Shown here: positions 19,833 through 29,824 of the stretch, piece after piece | Layout: each line of letters begins with the position of its first letter | Position numbering within the stretch: position 1 is the stretch's first letter | DNA from: a virus | IMG/VR virus record: IMGVR_UViG_3300042914_004291 | Coordinates: 73,190-137,189 of that record | DNA length: 64,000 nt | Direction: 5' to 3' (one strand) | Notes under the pieces: generated by a model | Databases searched by the model: none | Seen by the model: the letters and a program-made list of their open reading frames with translations, nothing else | What the model was told of the DNA's origin: nothing | Made by a program: the position numbers and the translations under genes

Positions 19833-21899
19833 TCAGTGCTTTTTGCCAATACCTGCAAGTTTGCTCCAACGATCTGCATCGAACATTGGAACAGACATCA
19901 GATCGGAAACCTGACGAATCTCTTTGCCATTAAGGTTTGCAGCAGATTCGTTTAGCGAACCAGCCTTGGACGTTTTGGCCTTGTTTTTGTTGATCGCTTT
20001 CACAATCTTCCCATAGATGTCTTTCACCTCGTTAACGGTTGAACCTTTATCGAGATATTCAACGATCTTACGTTTCTGCGCTTCAGTGAGCGACGCTTCG
20101 CTCACCAAGATTTTGTTCAGGAAAAGTGAACGAGCAGTCAGAACGCGAGTTTCGTCAAGTTGTTTTGTCACCTCGGCAACTTCGTTCACTGCTAGCCGTG
20201 GCTTAGCGGCTGGCTTCTTGGTCTTCAAACCAAGTGCTTCCATCTGCTCGCGCACGAGCCGACGAACTTCCTGCACGACCATCATTTCATCTTCATCACC
20301 GGCATGCCCAGCAGCCATATCAACATCAACATCATCAGCATCATCAGCAGCATCACCGCCAAAAGGCTGACCGTCGACCTGAACGTTCACATTCTCAACA
20401 GCATCCCCAGAAACACCCTGGAGATCAATTGTGATAGTCATTGCATTTGGATCCTCGACTGACATGTCTGAGCTGGGCTCGTCATCCAAAAGCATTTCTT
20501 CACTGTCATCATCTGTTGAAACAGCAGCAACGTCAACCTCTTCTTCTTGTTCCATCATATGATCGTCCGACATCGAAGCCATGAGCTCATTGATTTCTTT
20601 CTCGATTTCTTCGAGAAGAGCTTTGCCCTGATCACCCTCTTTTGCTGAGTGTTTGAAAGGAGCTTTCTCAAGCTCTGCCTTCACGTTCCTTGGGTTTCCG
20701 CTGGCCTTTTTTGCATGCTCGTCGCTCAGACCTTCTGAGTCGCCAGCCGGATCGACTTTGCCAACTTCTTTCTCAAAGCCCTCAGCGCCTTCAAAAAGCT
20801 TGAGTGCGAAATCCTTGAGAGATTGTGGTTTCTTGTTTGGTTTTGTTGCAGTAGCCATATTTTCTTGTGTTTCTTCTTTTCGGTAACTATTTGAAGCTTT
20901 TCTAATTCCGTTTTCCAACAGATCTAGTTTGTGCGTATTCATGCGCCACAAACGTTCAGTGATCAATTTGTCCTTCTTCATTCCAGCAAGCGACTCGCGC
21001 AGCGAATCAACTGTTTTCTTGCTCAGAACAGCGCCAGTTGCGCTCACTTCTTCGGCTGCTGTGAGAATCTTTTTGAAACTCTCATACATTTTGTTGCCGC
21101 TTTCGTTTGCAGTCGCAACAGCGCTGTTAACATCTAGAACCGACTCACCAACGGAAGGAACTTCTGCTGAGGCTGAGCTCTCAGGCACAACGTTTGGTGC
21201 AACAATATTCTCAAGCAGTTTGTCAATGGCGGACAGAATCACGCTTGATCGCTCTGCAAGTGGAGCAGCGGCCGAATCAGTTGCGCCTGGATCTCCTGGG
21301 GTCGCAGACAGTTCTGGTGTTCCTGGCGCTGCCGCGGGAGGAGTGACTGCGCTTGGATCAATTGGAGTGTCGGCAGGTGGCACTGGCGGAATTGTCCCAG
21401 TCGATGCATCAGCTTGTTGAAACAAACTATCAATTGGAATGACAAGCTCTTGGCCACCACTCTCTGGATTTGTTTCAATCTTACCCAGCACTTGCTGCAC
21501 TGCCGGTGCACCAATTGGTGTGCTGGCCGCTGCGACGGCAGGATCGGTCAGCGTTGCGCCTGGAGCCGGTGCCGGGGTCACTGGCGCTGTTGCTCCAGCA
21601 TCTGGTGATGGGGACGGAGGTGCTGGAGGTGGCGCTGCTGCTCCAGCATCTGGGGCTGCTGCTCCAGCATCTGGGGCTGCTGCTCCAGCATCTGGGGCTG
21701 GGGGTTGAGGTGCCGGAGGTGTCGCATCTGCCGCAAATGGATCTTGTTGCTCAGCCATGAGTCGAAGCTCCGAATCGAGCTTCTTCATGATCGATGGAGT
21801 GAGCTTGGCCATCACCTCTTGCTGAGCACGTTGCAACGCAAATTTCTTGATCTCAGCAGCGTCTAGCACTGCTCTTTCTGTGATTCTTTTCTTTGGCAT
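19833..21899 (-). CDS. Prohead core / scaffolding protein
   Basis: Directly upstream of the capsid gene; acidic and Pro/Ala-rich with many [IL]xE motifs; C-terminal RWSKLAGI. Confidence 0.75.
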   Translation of the reverse strand: MPKKRITERAVLDAAEIKKFALQRAQQEVMAKLTPSIMKKLDSELRLMAEQQDPFAADATPPAPQPPAPDAGAAAPDAGAAAPDAGAAAPPPAPPSPSPDAGATAPVTPAPAPGATLTDPAVAAASTPIGAPAVQQVLGKIETNPESGGQELVIPIDSLFQQADASTGTIPPVPPADTPIDPSAVTPPAAAPGTPELSATPGDPGATDSAAAPLAERSSVILSAIDKLLENIVAPNVVPESSASAEVPSVGESVLDVNSAVATANESGNKMYESFKKILTAAEEVSATGAVLSKKTVDSLRESLAGMKKDKLITERLWRMNTHKLDLLENGIRKASNSYRKEETQENMATATKPNKKPQSLKDFALKLFEGAEGFEKEVGKVDPAGDSEGLSDEHAKKASGNPRNVKAELEKAPFKHSAKEGDQGKALLEEIEKEINELMASMSDDHMMEQEEEVDVAAVSTDDDSEEMLLDDEPSSDMSVEDPNAMTITIDLQGVSGDAVENVNVQVDGQPFGGDAADDADDVDVDMAAGHAGDEDEMMVVQEVRRLVREQMEALGLKTKKPAAKPRLAVNEVAEVTKQLDETRVLTARSLFLNKILVSEASLTEAQKRKIVEYLDKGSTVNEVKDIYGKIVKAINKNKAKTSKAGSLNESAANLNGKEIRQVSDLMSVPMFDADRWSKLAGIGKKH
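21634..21696. repeat. Three perfect 21-bp tandem repeats encoding PDAGAAA in the scaffold gene
   Basis: GCTGCTGCTCCAGCATCTGGG at 21634, 21655 and 21676. Confidence 0.95.
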
Positions 21900-21925
21900 T
21901 TAATCTACTCTGTTGGTAATAATGA

Positions 21926-22501
21926 TCAAGGATTGCTGTTGTCTCTTGGATAACCCGAACCAACGCCAAGCCTGAACGTACGAACCTGACCAGTGACAGC
22001 TCCTGGGCCACTGTTCCCGATGCCTTCTGCACTCTGGTTCTCGTATGCAGGCTGGGCTGGGTTGAGCTGCTGAAAAGTTCTCGCGCCGACTGGAATTGTT
22101 CCGGTGTCGACCTCGGCGATCAATTCTGCTTCGTTGCCATTGCCTTCACCCGGAGAAACGACGTTTGGAGAGTATGGAGTTGCTGGCCAACCACCAGGTT
22201 CAATTCGTGTGGTTAGTTTGTTACGAACATCAACATACTCCGGACGGCTGTCGTTGGCTGGGACGAAGTTCCGGCGATACATTCCAAATCCGTACTGAGT
22301 GTTCTCGCCGTCATATTGCGCAAAAACTCTGCGGGCTACTTCAATTGTGTATTGACCATTGATGATGGGGCTATCGCCATATGCCCGGTTCAATGAAACG
22401 GTGTTGGATCTGCCCATGCCACCGTCACGGTTGCTGGAGTATGCCCGGTCCTGGAACTGGGGTTGATTCGAGAAAATCTCGTATTGTACTGTTGATGACA
22501 T
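21926..22501 (-). CDS. Hypothetical virion-cluster protein
   Basis: 191 aa, TAGTTA upstream (22538-22543). Confidence 0.8.
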   Translation of the reverse strand: MSSTVQYEIFSNQPQFQDRAYSSNRDGGMGRSNTVSLNRAYGDSPIINGQYTIEVARRVFAQYDGENTQYGFGMYRRNFVPANDSRPEYVDVRNKLTTRIEPGGWPATPYSPNVVSPGEGNGNEAELIAEVDTGTIPVGARTFQQLNPAQPAYENQSAEGIGNSGPGAVTGQVRTFRLGVGSGYPRDNSNP

Positions 22502-22575
22502 GTTTAGCTACACCTTTGTTTTCTGTTGTTCAAGGTGTAACTAAGTGTGTTGGTGGCGAAGATGAAGTTATTTAA

Positions 22576-23142
22576 TCAGCGTTTTCCTGGAAGGAACCCG
22601 GGCTGGTTTGGTTTTGGTGAAGAGCTCTTGCTGAAAGCCAGTTCAGCCCAGCGGTTGGCCGCGGGTGCATTTGGAATAATGTTTTGTTGTTCGTTCAGCA
22701 TTGACACAGCAGCCTCATCTCTCGGCGGCATCATGTTCCTAGGAAACGCGGCTCCCATCTCTGGTACTGGCGGCATTTGTCTTTGCTGATGCGCCAACAT
22801 TGCATCTAGTCTAGACTGCTCTTCCAGCATTGCACCAGGGGCATTGGCAAGAGTGTCTGCAAATATATCAGCCATGGCCGGGTCGTCGCCGAAAACTGCG
22901 TTGGCATTCATAGCGGCTCTCTGCTGCTCAGAAATAAATCCTGGATGACTCTGAGCTGGCCTGATATGTTGTTGCTGTTGATAAACTGGCTTCGCGCCTT
23001 CTGTTAGTGTCTCATACGTTTTCATAGCTGCTGGGAGTGTGCCGTCTGAGATCATCTCCAGGAGTATACCCTTGATGATTAGTTTGAGCTCATTCTTGGT
23101 TGTTGTCGCAGCCTTTGGCTTCGGTGGTGCGTTGGTAGTCAT
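22576..23142 (-). CDS. Hypothetical head-cluster protein
   Basis: ATGA overlap with the protease gene; ELKLIIKGILLE motif. Confidence 0.8.
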   Translation of the reverse strand: MTTNAPPKPKAATTTKNELKLIIKGILLEMISDGTLPAAMKTYETLTEGAKPVYQQQQHIRPAQSHPGFISEQQRAAMNANAVFGDDPAMADIFADTLANAPGAMLEEQSRLDAMLAHQQRQMPPVPEMGAAFPRNMMPPRDEAAVSMLNEQQNIIPNAPAANRWAELAFSKSSSPKPNQPGFLPGKR

Positions 23143-23804
23143 TTCTTGTTCTTAACTCCCTTGAACTGTTCTGCAATTGAAATGCTGTTGTTCAAAGCTC
23201 TGAAGATCAAATCATTCTTTGTGAACACTTCATTTGGATCATACAGTTTCTTTGACTCTGCCAGCTTCATGAAAGCTCCTGGTGTCGATGGCTCAGAGAC
23301 AAAATCCCAACAGATGATCTGAAGGTCGTCTTGGACATAGTTGACGTCGCCTTGTTTCTTCAATGAGCCTAGAGCCCTAGAAGAGATACCAGGAACGCCG
23401 CCACCTTTGACAATCTCTCTGATGATCTTGCCGGATGGAGTATCAAACACATGCACTTTGGCCTTGACGTTGTCACCTTCCATCCACACCTTCTTGATCA
23501 TGTGTGAAACGTTCTTCATGTTCACGATTGGCTCTTCGGCATGGTCTAGTTCACCAAACGCACGATTCTCTTTGATGAGCTTCTGATAATTGATTATCTC
23601 TTGCTTCAAAACTTCAAAAGGATACACACGGCCGTTTGCATTCAATGTGTTTGCTCTCTGAATCACTCCAGTCAGAATCAGAGGCTGATCGTCCCTGAGC
23701 TTGCTGAAGTCGTGAGGGGCTCCATCCCTTTGTTCAACTTCTTCGTCGCTGTCTAGTTCGAACCTGCTAAACTCTCTCAACAGTAGTTTTCTTGTGTCTG
23801 TCAT
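23139..23804 (-). CDS. gp21: Prohead protease (T4 gp21-like)
   Basis: Motifs NANGRVYP, GELDH, VSHMI, TPSGKI, GISSRALGS and DFVSEPSTPGAF. Confidence 0.95.
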   Translation of the reverse strand: MTDTRKLLLREFSRFELDSDEEVEQRDGAPHDFSKLRDDQPLILTGVIQRANTLNANGRVYPFEVLKQEIINYQKLIKENRAFGELDHAEEPIVNMKNVSHMIKKVWMEGDNVKAKVHVFDTPSGKIIREIVKGGGVPGISSRALGSLKKQGDVNYVQDDLQIICWDFVSEPSTPGAFMKLAESKKLYDPNEVFTKNDLIFRALNNSISIAEQFKGVKNKK

Positions 23805-24682
23805 GATTTTTCTTGATTGCCTTTGTTGGTGTTGATCTTTTCTGTGAGATCTATCAACGACAGATAGAAATCGATTGCCGCAGAATGTTGTGGGTGAGAA
23901 ACGTTCGAAACGAAACTACGATCTGTTTGAAATCTTTCCAGCAAAGTCGTTACAGTTTCAAGTTGGTCAGCACCAAACGTTGAGTCGCCAGATAGTTTGC
24001 CAACTGAACGCTTGGCGTGTTCTTCCAATGGGATCAAAACTTTGACCACGAACTGATCCGGGTCAAGCGAGACGTAATTTGTCATGAACGTCATCTGTGG
24101 TTCCGAAAGCAAACTTTTATACTCGTCGTTGTAGTGTTTCACGGTGATCTCCAGCAGCATGTTTAGTGGAAACTGATTCGAAACTTCATCCAACGAACTC
24201 GCAGCCACAGTCTCATCCACAGCTTCGTCGTCAGTTTTTTCACTTTGATCGCAAGACATCTCAACCAATGACTCGGCAAGATAAACCTGTGAGGCCAGCG
24301 AATCAGCGGTCACATCGGCTCGCGACCACTCTTCCATCAGAGCAAACAATGTATCTTCTGCTGACATCTTGATCTCAACACTTTCAGATAGCGACAAGTG
24401 CGAACATTGCTCGTCAAGTGTTTTTGATTCTGCTCTTTTGAGTTTGACGTTGACTGTGCTCTTGAAGAGCTCTTTCAGTTCGGAAATGTATTGCCGCACG
24501 ACTTTTTCACCATGCAACCGCCCAAGTTCCAAACACTTCTCAGATGCTTCAGACATCATGACGTACTGCTTGACATATTGCGGTGTTTTTATTAGCAGTT
24601 GTGCGTTGCTTGCAAGACCATTGTTCACGATCCTCGCAGACAATTCTTCTAGTTTCTTTTTTGTTGCCAGCGATTTTTTCAT
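23801..24682 (-). CDS. Hypothetical head-cluster protein
   Basis: 293 aa, between portal and protease; TAGTTA upstream (24698-24703). Confidence 0.8.
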   Translation of the reverse strand: MKKSLATKKKLEELSARIVNNGLASNAQLLIKTPQYVKQYVMMSEASEKCLELGRLHGEKVVRQYISELKELFKSTVNVKLKRAESKTLDEQCSHLSLSESVEIKMSAEDTLFALMEEWSRADVTADSLASQVYLAESLVEMSCDQSEKTDDEAVDETVAASSLDEVSNQFPLNMLLEITVKHYNDEYKSLLSEPQMTFMTNYVSLDPDQFVVKVLIPLEEHAKRSVGKLSGDSTFGADQLETVTTLLERFQTDRSFVSNVSHPQHSAAIDFYLSLIDLTEKINTNKGNQEKS

Positions 24683-24696
24683 GGTTATTCTTGTTG

Positions 24697-26832
24697 CTAA
24701 CTATTTTCTAGAATCAAGATATTCGAATCGTCATTACCAACCGATTCTTCATCCGGATTCCCGTCTTGCAAAGTTGACTCCAACAACAACACTTCATCCT
24801 CTTCAGGTCTGATTGCTGTCTGGCTGTTGCCACCTTCGGCAATGTTGGCCTTGAGAGTTTTGTTCATGTGCTCCTTCAGTCTGACGAGAGAAGATCTGAT
24901 TCCCCTGTTCATTGCGTGAGGGATGGGTCTGACTTGCTCTGTTAGCAATTCACTGGCTTCAAGCAATGTTTTGCTAGATGGAACGTCGTAAACACTGTCT
25001 CTGGCTCTGCGAGTGATTGGACTGAGCATTGACTGAAAATCTGGCATGTGCAAAGCCCCAGGACCGCCAAATGAATTTCGCCGCGATATCCTTCTAGCTG
25101 CTGCATCGAGTGCCGGTGTGTAGTTTGCTCTGATGGGTGCACCGGCAGCACTAGGCTTGCCTCCAGTGCCATTTGATGTGTTGATCGCCCCACGTTCAGC
25201 CTGACGGATAGCCGCCTTCTCGGCATCGCGCATCTGCTGCATCTCAACGTTTGCTTTCTCGACGCCTGCCACGGCACCCGGATTTGGCCTGAATGGAGAT
25301 CCAGGAACCTCATAGTTTGATTTGTCAAAAATATCAATGTTGCTATCCTCGGATTTATCAAACTTTGGATTCTCTGCTATAGCTGCCAGCTCTGCAACTC
25401 GCGTCTGATCGATCTTGGCTTCGATCCAGTTTGTATTGATCTGATCAGGTCTGAAACCAAGGATCTCTCTCTGGATATGTGGAATGCTGAGCATGCCTGT
25501 TTCTTTCCCCAACTCCCAAGCTTTCCCAGCAACCTCAATCCTTGCAGTCAGAAGAGCCAGTTTTTGTTGAACAGCAACTGTGGATGGGTTTGAGAACCCA
25601 AGTTCAAAATCGATCAGATCTTCCCCAGAAAAGCCTAACGCAAACAAATGAATCATTGCGAGTTTGTTGAGCTCTGCCACCATGATCTTCTGGAGAGTTG
25701 CAATGGTTCTTGAGAACCTGATATCTTCTTGAGCCAGTGTGCTCTTCGAGGAAATTGCTTCGTCGTAAGTCAAGTAAGCTCTTGGCACCATCAAAGCAGC
25801 GATCAGCTTGTTCAAGATATACTGAACGTCATCGACTGCGGTGTTGTTAGTAGCTCCGGCCAGTGCTTCGATCTTTGTTCCGCTATTCTGGCGCACTGGC
25901 ATGAAATAGTCGTCGAGTGCCGAGAATGGATTGTATCTGAAATCTTGTTTTCCTTGTTCATGCTCGATCACGCTGCTACCGCGCATTGCTTCTTTGACGC
26001 CTTCCATGTATGAAGGGATATCGTTTGGAGCAATTGCTGAAACGTCAACATAGAACACTCTACGTTCTGGGGATCTGACAAGACGATAAAGAAGCATTGA
26101 GTCTTCGATCATTGTGAGCATGCGCCATGGTCTTCTTGCAGACTCTAGAAGAGACATTCCATATGGAAGAAACATGTCGCTCCCCAGAATTCTCATGTGA
26201 AGGATCTGCCAGTTCTCAAGATATTTACCGCCGCGAGTTAATAGCCTGAACCTTGTTGCATAAGGATCGTTTTTGTCATAGCCTTCTTCACGTTCGACCT
26301 CGTTGACTGGGAGTGGTTCTACGTTGATCACTCCATAGTTCGGAACCACTTCCACGTAACAGAAGTAATCACCATTCTTCACAAGGTTTCTCATCATGCG
26401 CCTGCCGTTGAACTCTATGTCGACAACATCATAGAACAACTCGTCCAGCGCTTTTTGTATCTCGGCGTTCGGACTGTAAACGTGAAACATCTGGCCTGTC
26501 TCATCAGAAGCGCACGACTCATCAGCATAGACGTTCAATGCTGTCGATACCTCCGCACAGCGAGCATCCATCTCAGCAAATTCCGCTGCGCGACTCTGCC
26601 GATCCAGAATGCCATAGGCGCCCATCGATGAGAATGGAGATGACTCGCGGCGAAATGCCGATGGGCCGTAATAACCCATGGCACCTTTCATCACTTCTGT
26701 GTCGTAGAAATTCCTGTAGTCCTGCCCTTTAACTTTACGCCGGATTGCTGGACCGGAGCGAAAGAGTCGATTTAAACGTTTATAGAACGTCAAGGCGTTC
26801 GAGATTGCAGAGGCTGGTGGTGTGTCGCTCAT
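24697..26832 (-). CDS. gp20: Portal protein (T4 gp20-like)
   Basis: Motifs EDSMLLYRLVRSPERRVFYVDV, DDYFMPVR, TKIEALAG and LAQEDIRFSRTI. Confidence 0.96.
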   Translation of the reverse strand: MSDTPPASAISNALTFYKRLNRLFRSGPAIRRKVKGQDYRNFYDTEVMKGAMGYYGPSAFRRESSPFSSMGAYGILDRQSRAAEFAEMDARCAEVSTALNVYADESCASDETGQMFHVYSPNAEIQKALDELFYDVVDIEFNGRRMMRNLVKNGDYFCYVEVVPNYGVINVEPLPVNEVEREEGYDKNDPYATRFRLLTRGGKYLENWQILHMRILGSDMFLPYGMSLLESARRPWRMLTMIEDSMLLYRLVRSPERRVFYVDVSAIAPNDIPSYMEGVKEAMRGSSVIEHEQGKQDFRYNPFSALDDYFMPVRQNSGTKIEALAGATNNTAVDDVQYILNKLIAALMVPRAYLTYDEAISSKSTLAQEDIRFSRTIATLQKIMVAELNKLAMIHLFALGFSGEDLIDFELGFSNPSTVAVQQKLALLTARIEVAGKAWELGKETGMLSIPHIQREILGFRPDQINTNWIEAKIDQTRVAELAAIAENPKFDKSEDSNIDIFDKSNYEVPGSPFRPNPGAVAGVEKANVEMQQMRDAEKAAIRQAERGAINTSNGTGGKPSAAGAPIRANYTPALDAAARRISRRNSFGGPGALHMPDFQSMLSPITRRARDSVYDVPSSKTLLEASELLTEQVRPIPHAMNRGIRSSLVRLKEHMNKTLKANIAEGGNSQTAIRPEEDEVLLLESTLQDGNPDEESVGNDDSNILILENS

Positions 26833-26883
26833 GTGCTGTCTTGTTGTTGTTATTTAGGCAGATACGTCAATAATGAGATTGTG

Positions 26884-27453
26884 ATGATTGATCATAGTAA
26901 TGATGTTGGGTGCGATGACTATACAAACGAAGAGCTCCTGGCCAGTTTTCACAAAGCCCGAGAATCACTCTTAGAGATTTTGCGGCAAAAACTATCTGGA
27001 GACATTGAGCTAGTCGACCTGTTCATGGAACGTTTGCATTACACTTTGGAGATATTAGGAGCCACGACAGAGAACTGGTTAACGATCAAAACTGCCCTGA
27101 TAAAATATCTCAACATACACATCACAACAAAAGGCTTGTTTACACAGCGTCGATCGGATGATCGATCGTTCTACAATGATTTTGAACTAGCTGTCATAGA
27201 ATATTGGGCCTCTGTTACTGGTGTTAGACCATTCATACCGGCCAAACAGTTCTGCAATCCGGATGACCCAATCAGGAAACAGTATCATGCAATCTTTGAG
27301 CGGAATGCTAAGGCTAGCGCAGCCTTATTAGAAAGGAAGAAGCAGCAAGAGCAGTTGGCACTATCCAAGCCAGTGAAGAAGAAGAGTAAAAAGAAGAAAA
27401 CCAATGGCAAAAGACACAAAAACAACCAGCAACAGCTCGCCAAACATGGCTGA
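26884..27453 (+). CDS. Hypothetical protein with basic C-terminus
   Basis: ATG 26884 follows TATTTA at 26851. Confidence 0.7.
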   Translation: MIDHSNDVGCDDYTNEELLASFHKARESLLEILRQKLSGDIELVDLFMERLHYTLEILGATTENWLTIKTALIKYLNIHITTKGLFTQRRSDDRSFYNDFELAVIEYWASVTGVRPFIPAKQFCNPDDPIRKQYHAIFERNAKASAALLERKKQQEQLALSKPVKKKSKKKKTNGKRHKNNQQQLAKHG

Positions 27454-28585
27454 GATCTTGTTTGTCAATGAACAGGATGATGGTTACTATGACAATCCCG
27501 GGTTCGAAGGCGGCTATGGTGTTTCTCTTGGTGGTGGTGGTGGTTCATCATCATCAGGCTCAGGTAAAAGCATGTGGGCGAGAAACGGATTGTTTGGTGC
27601 CATGGGCTTTGCTGCTATCAGAGATATCTGGAACATCCTGAAGCGCGATGCTGCAAAACTTGGCGTGCAAGCTCTGTCGACTGTTGGGTCTTTGTTTGCT
27701 GGAACAGTTACGATCCTGTTGCCTTTCAACTCTCACCTAGCCACCTCATACGTCACAAAGAAGTTTATGTACTGGGAGGTCAAGGCCATTAAATCAATCA
27801 ACCAACAGTTCGAGAAAGAACTGGCAGGGTTTGACACCGGCTGGGAATTGATCAAGCCAGATCTGATTGGCCTTGGGTTCTTCATTGCTCCATACGGTGT
27901 CGTTGGAAACATGATGGCTGCTGGCCAAGCAATTGACGCTGCGATCTCTGTCACGAACGTGATGACTGGCGGACTCGTTGGATCTCTCTTAGACCGCATC
28001 ATCAATCTCCCAGAAGACATGAGAGATCCTGGTAACTTGGATTACTACATAAGAAGCCATCTCTATAGGCCGTTCAGTTACTCTTCGAGCAACTGGAAAG
28101 AGCGTGGTCTGTTTGGAAACCTATTCCACCTCACAAATGATGAGTTTCACAAATCGGGCGTCCGGCGCAACATTTATGAAGCAGCTGGTGATGGCGGCGG
28201 AAGAACTGTTGACACGGCAGGGCTAAAACAAATGCTTGACAAACTCAGATCAATTCTTGGAAAAACCTACGACAAAGACATGAGGAAGTTCATGGAAGAG
28301 GTGCTAAAAGGATCTAAAGATTCTGAAACAAAGTTCGTCGCCGCAAACACATCAAAATACCTGGCTCCAATGTTTCCGGCCATCAAAACAGATCTAGCTG
28401 CAAATTCTAGGCAGTTGCAACTTCAACCCGGCGAATTAGAACAGTGGAACTCTTCACTAGCTAGCAAAAAAACAGAGATACTTGATTCAATGCTGAAACG
28501 TTACAGCGGTTTGATCAAGAAAGATCCAAACTCAGGCACTGCCGCAGAAACTTTCAAACAGATCATGTCTTCGGCGATGAACTGA
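27404..28585 (+). CDS. Hypothetical protein with Gly-rich and hydrophobic segments
   Basis: 393-aa ORF with MAEILFVNE near the N-terminus and two hydrophobic stretches. Confidence 0.75.
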   Translation: MAKDTKTTSNSSPNMAEILFVNEQDDGYYDNPGFEGGYGVSLGGGGGSSSSGSGKSMWARNGLFGAMGFAAIRDIWNILKRDAAKLGVQALSTVGSLFAGTVTILLPFNSHLATSYVTKKFMYWEVKAIKSINQQFEKELAGFDTGWELIKPDLIGLGFFIAPYGVVGNMMAAGQAIDAAISVTNVMTGGLVGSLLDRIINLPEDMRDPGNLDYYIRSHLYRPFSYSSSNWKERGLFGNLFHLTNDEFHKSGVRRNIYEAAGDGGGRTVDTAGLKQMLDKLRSILGKTYDKDMRKFMEEVLKGSKDSETKFVAANTSKYLAPMFPAIKTDLAANSRQLQLQPGELEQWNSSLASKKTEILDSMLKRYSGLIKKDPNSGTAAETFKQIMSSAMN

Positions 28586-28632
28586 ATATACATCGTTGTT
28601 TGTTCGGGACATAACTCCTCCTGAAAACAACG

Positions 28633-28929
28633 ATGATTAGCCGTAAGAAACACAGCCGCAAAGGCGCATCAGAAGAACCAAACAACATGCCAGAGAACCT
28701 GAACGATCTGAAACCGATCGTGTCAGAATTCATTGATCGTTACAGACGCCTTGAGAACGAAGAGGTAGAACTGCGCGAACAAAAGAAACAACTGGTCGAT
28801 GAGTTCTCAGACAAACTTGACACCAAGACACTGAAACTTGCAATGAAAGAAGTGGAGCTGCGTTCGAAGGTTGAACGCAAACACTATTTCGATCTGTTTG
28901 TTCATGTGCTTGGCGGGGAAGTAGACTGA
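28633..28929 (+). CDS. GapR (DUF2312) / T4 DsbA-like DNA-binding protein; start may be 28687
   Basis: Pattern L..IV..FI.R..RLE.E..EL.E..K.L..E....LD.KTLK.A.K. Confidence 0.6.
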   Translation: MISRKKHSRKGASEEPNNMPENLNDLKPIVSEFIDRYRRLENEEVELREQKKQLVDEFSDKLDTKTLKLAMKEVELRSKVERKHYFDLFVHVLGGEVD

Positions 28930-28934
28930 TCTAT

Positions 28935-29390
28935 ATGACCACAGAATACGTAGTGAACGGCAAGAAACGCCGCAAGATGAAACAGCTTCCAGAAATCTTC
29001 TACGAAACTCCTAACTTCGAGGGCGAGAAGGTTTCTCCAATTCCATATGTTGTCATCCCAGCAGACACAGACATGCCACCCGGGTTGTTCTTGATGGAGT
29101 ACAGAGAGACTAATGAAGTTGAGAATGGTCAGCCAATGATGGAAGGTCCATGGCCTCACATGTATGTCGACTTCAAGGAAGTAGAAGAAGCGTTAGCATT
29201 AAAGTTTGGCGGCAAGAAATCCAAACCATTCATTGAAATTGTTGATCACATTCGCACGGCGATTGGTCTTGAGCCTTTGAAAGAAGCCAAACGCAAAGGC
29301 GACGAGCTGCTGAACTCTGCCAGCAAACTGGCAGAAACAATCGTGAATGAGCGCATTGCAGCCAAGGCAAAGGAACAGATCAAGCAATGA
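28935..29390 (+). CDS. Hypothetical protein
   Basis: 151-aa ORF, tightly packed with its neighbours. Confidence 0.8.
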   Translation: MTTEYVVNGKKRRKMKQLPEIFYETPNFEGEKVSPIPYVVIPADTDMPPGLFLMEYRETNEVENGQPMMEGPWPHMYVDFKEVEEALALKFGGKKSKPFIEIVDHIRTAIGLEPLKEAKRKGDELLNSASKLAETIVNERIAAKAKEQIKQ

Positions 29391-29800
29391 AACTACACCA
29401 AACAGTTGTTGGCAGTATCCTGAATGACGTCAAGAACTTTGGCGGGCATAACTCGGAACTCAAACTCCGTGCCAGACTAGAAGACAAACAATATGCAATC
29501 TATGCTGGTGATCGTAAAGACATGGTTCTCGTTGAATACGACCGTCTGATCAAAGAGGCAAGTGATCGTCGTCTCCCAGTGCGAGACATTGTACCAATGC
29601 GACTGCATCCAACTGCTTTCGGCAAGGTCATGGAACTTTTCGCACTATACTCTGGATATGATAGCGAGACGAAGATGCGTATTGCTCTAGAAAACCTCGA
29701 TCTGATTCCATACGAGAAGAAAACTGGAAACCGCGAGACTATTCTGGTCCTCAAAGAAGACTATGAGAAAATCTTGAGACAGTCTGGTCTTGGCGGCTGA
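29387..29800 (+). CDS. Hypothetical protein with internal two-fold duplication
   Basis: ATGA overlap with the upstream gene; MKLHQT...SELKLRARLE versus MRLHPT...SETKMRIALE. Confidence 0.8.
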   Translation: MKLHQTVVGSILNDVKNFGGHNSELKLRARLEDKQYAIYAGDRKDMVLVEYDRLIKEASDRRLPVRDIVPMRLHPTAFGKVMELFALYSGYDSETKMRIALENLDLIPYEKKTGNRETILVLKEDYEKILRQSGLGG

Positions 29801-29824
29801 TAAGCAACACCCAACAACGGCACG

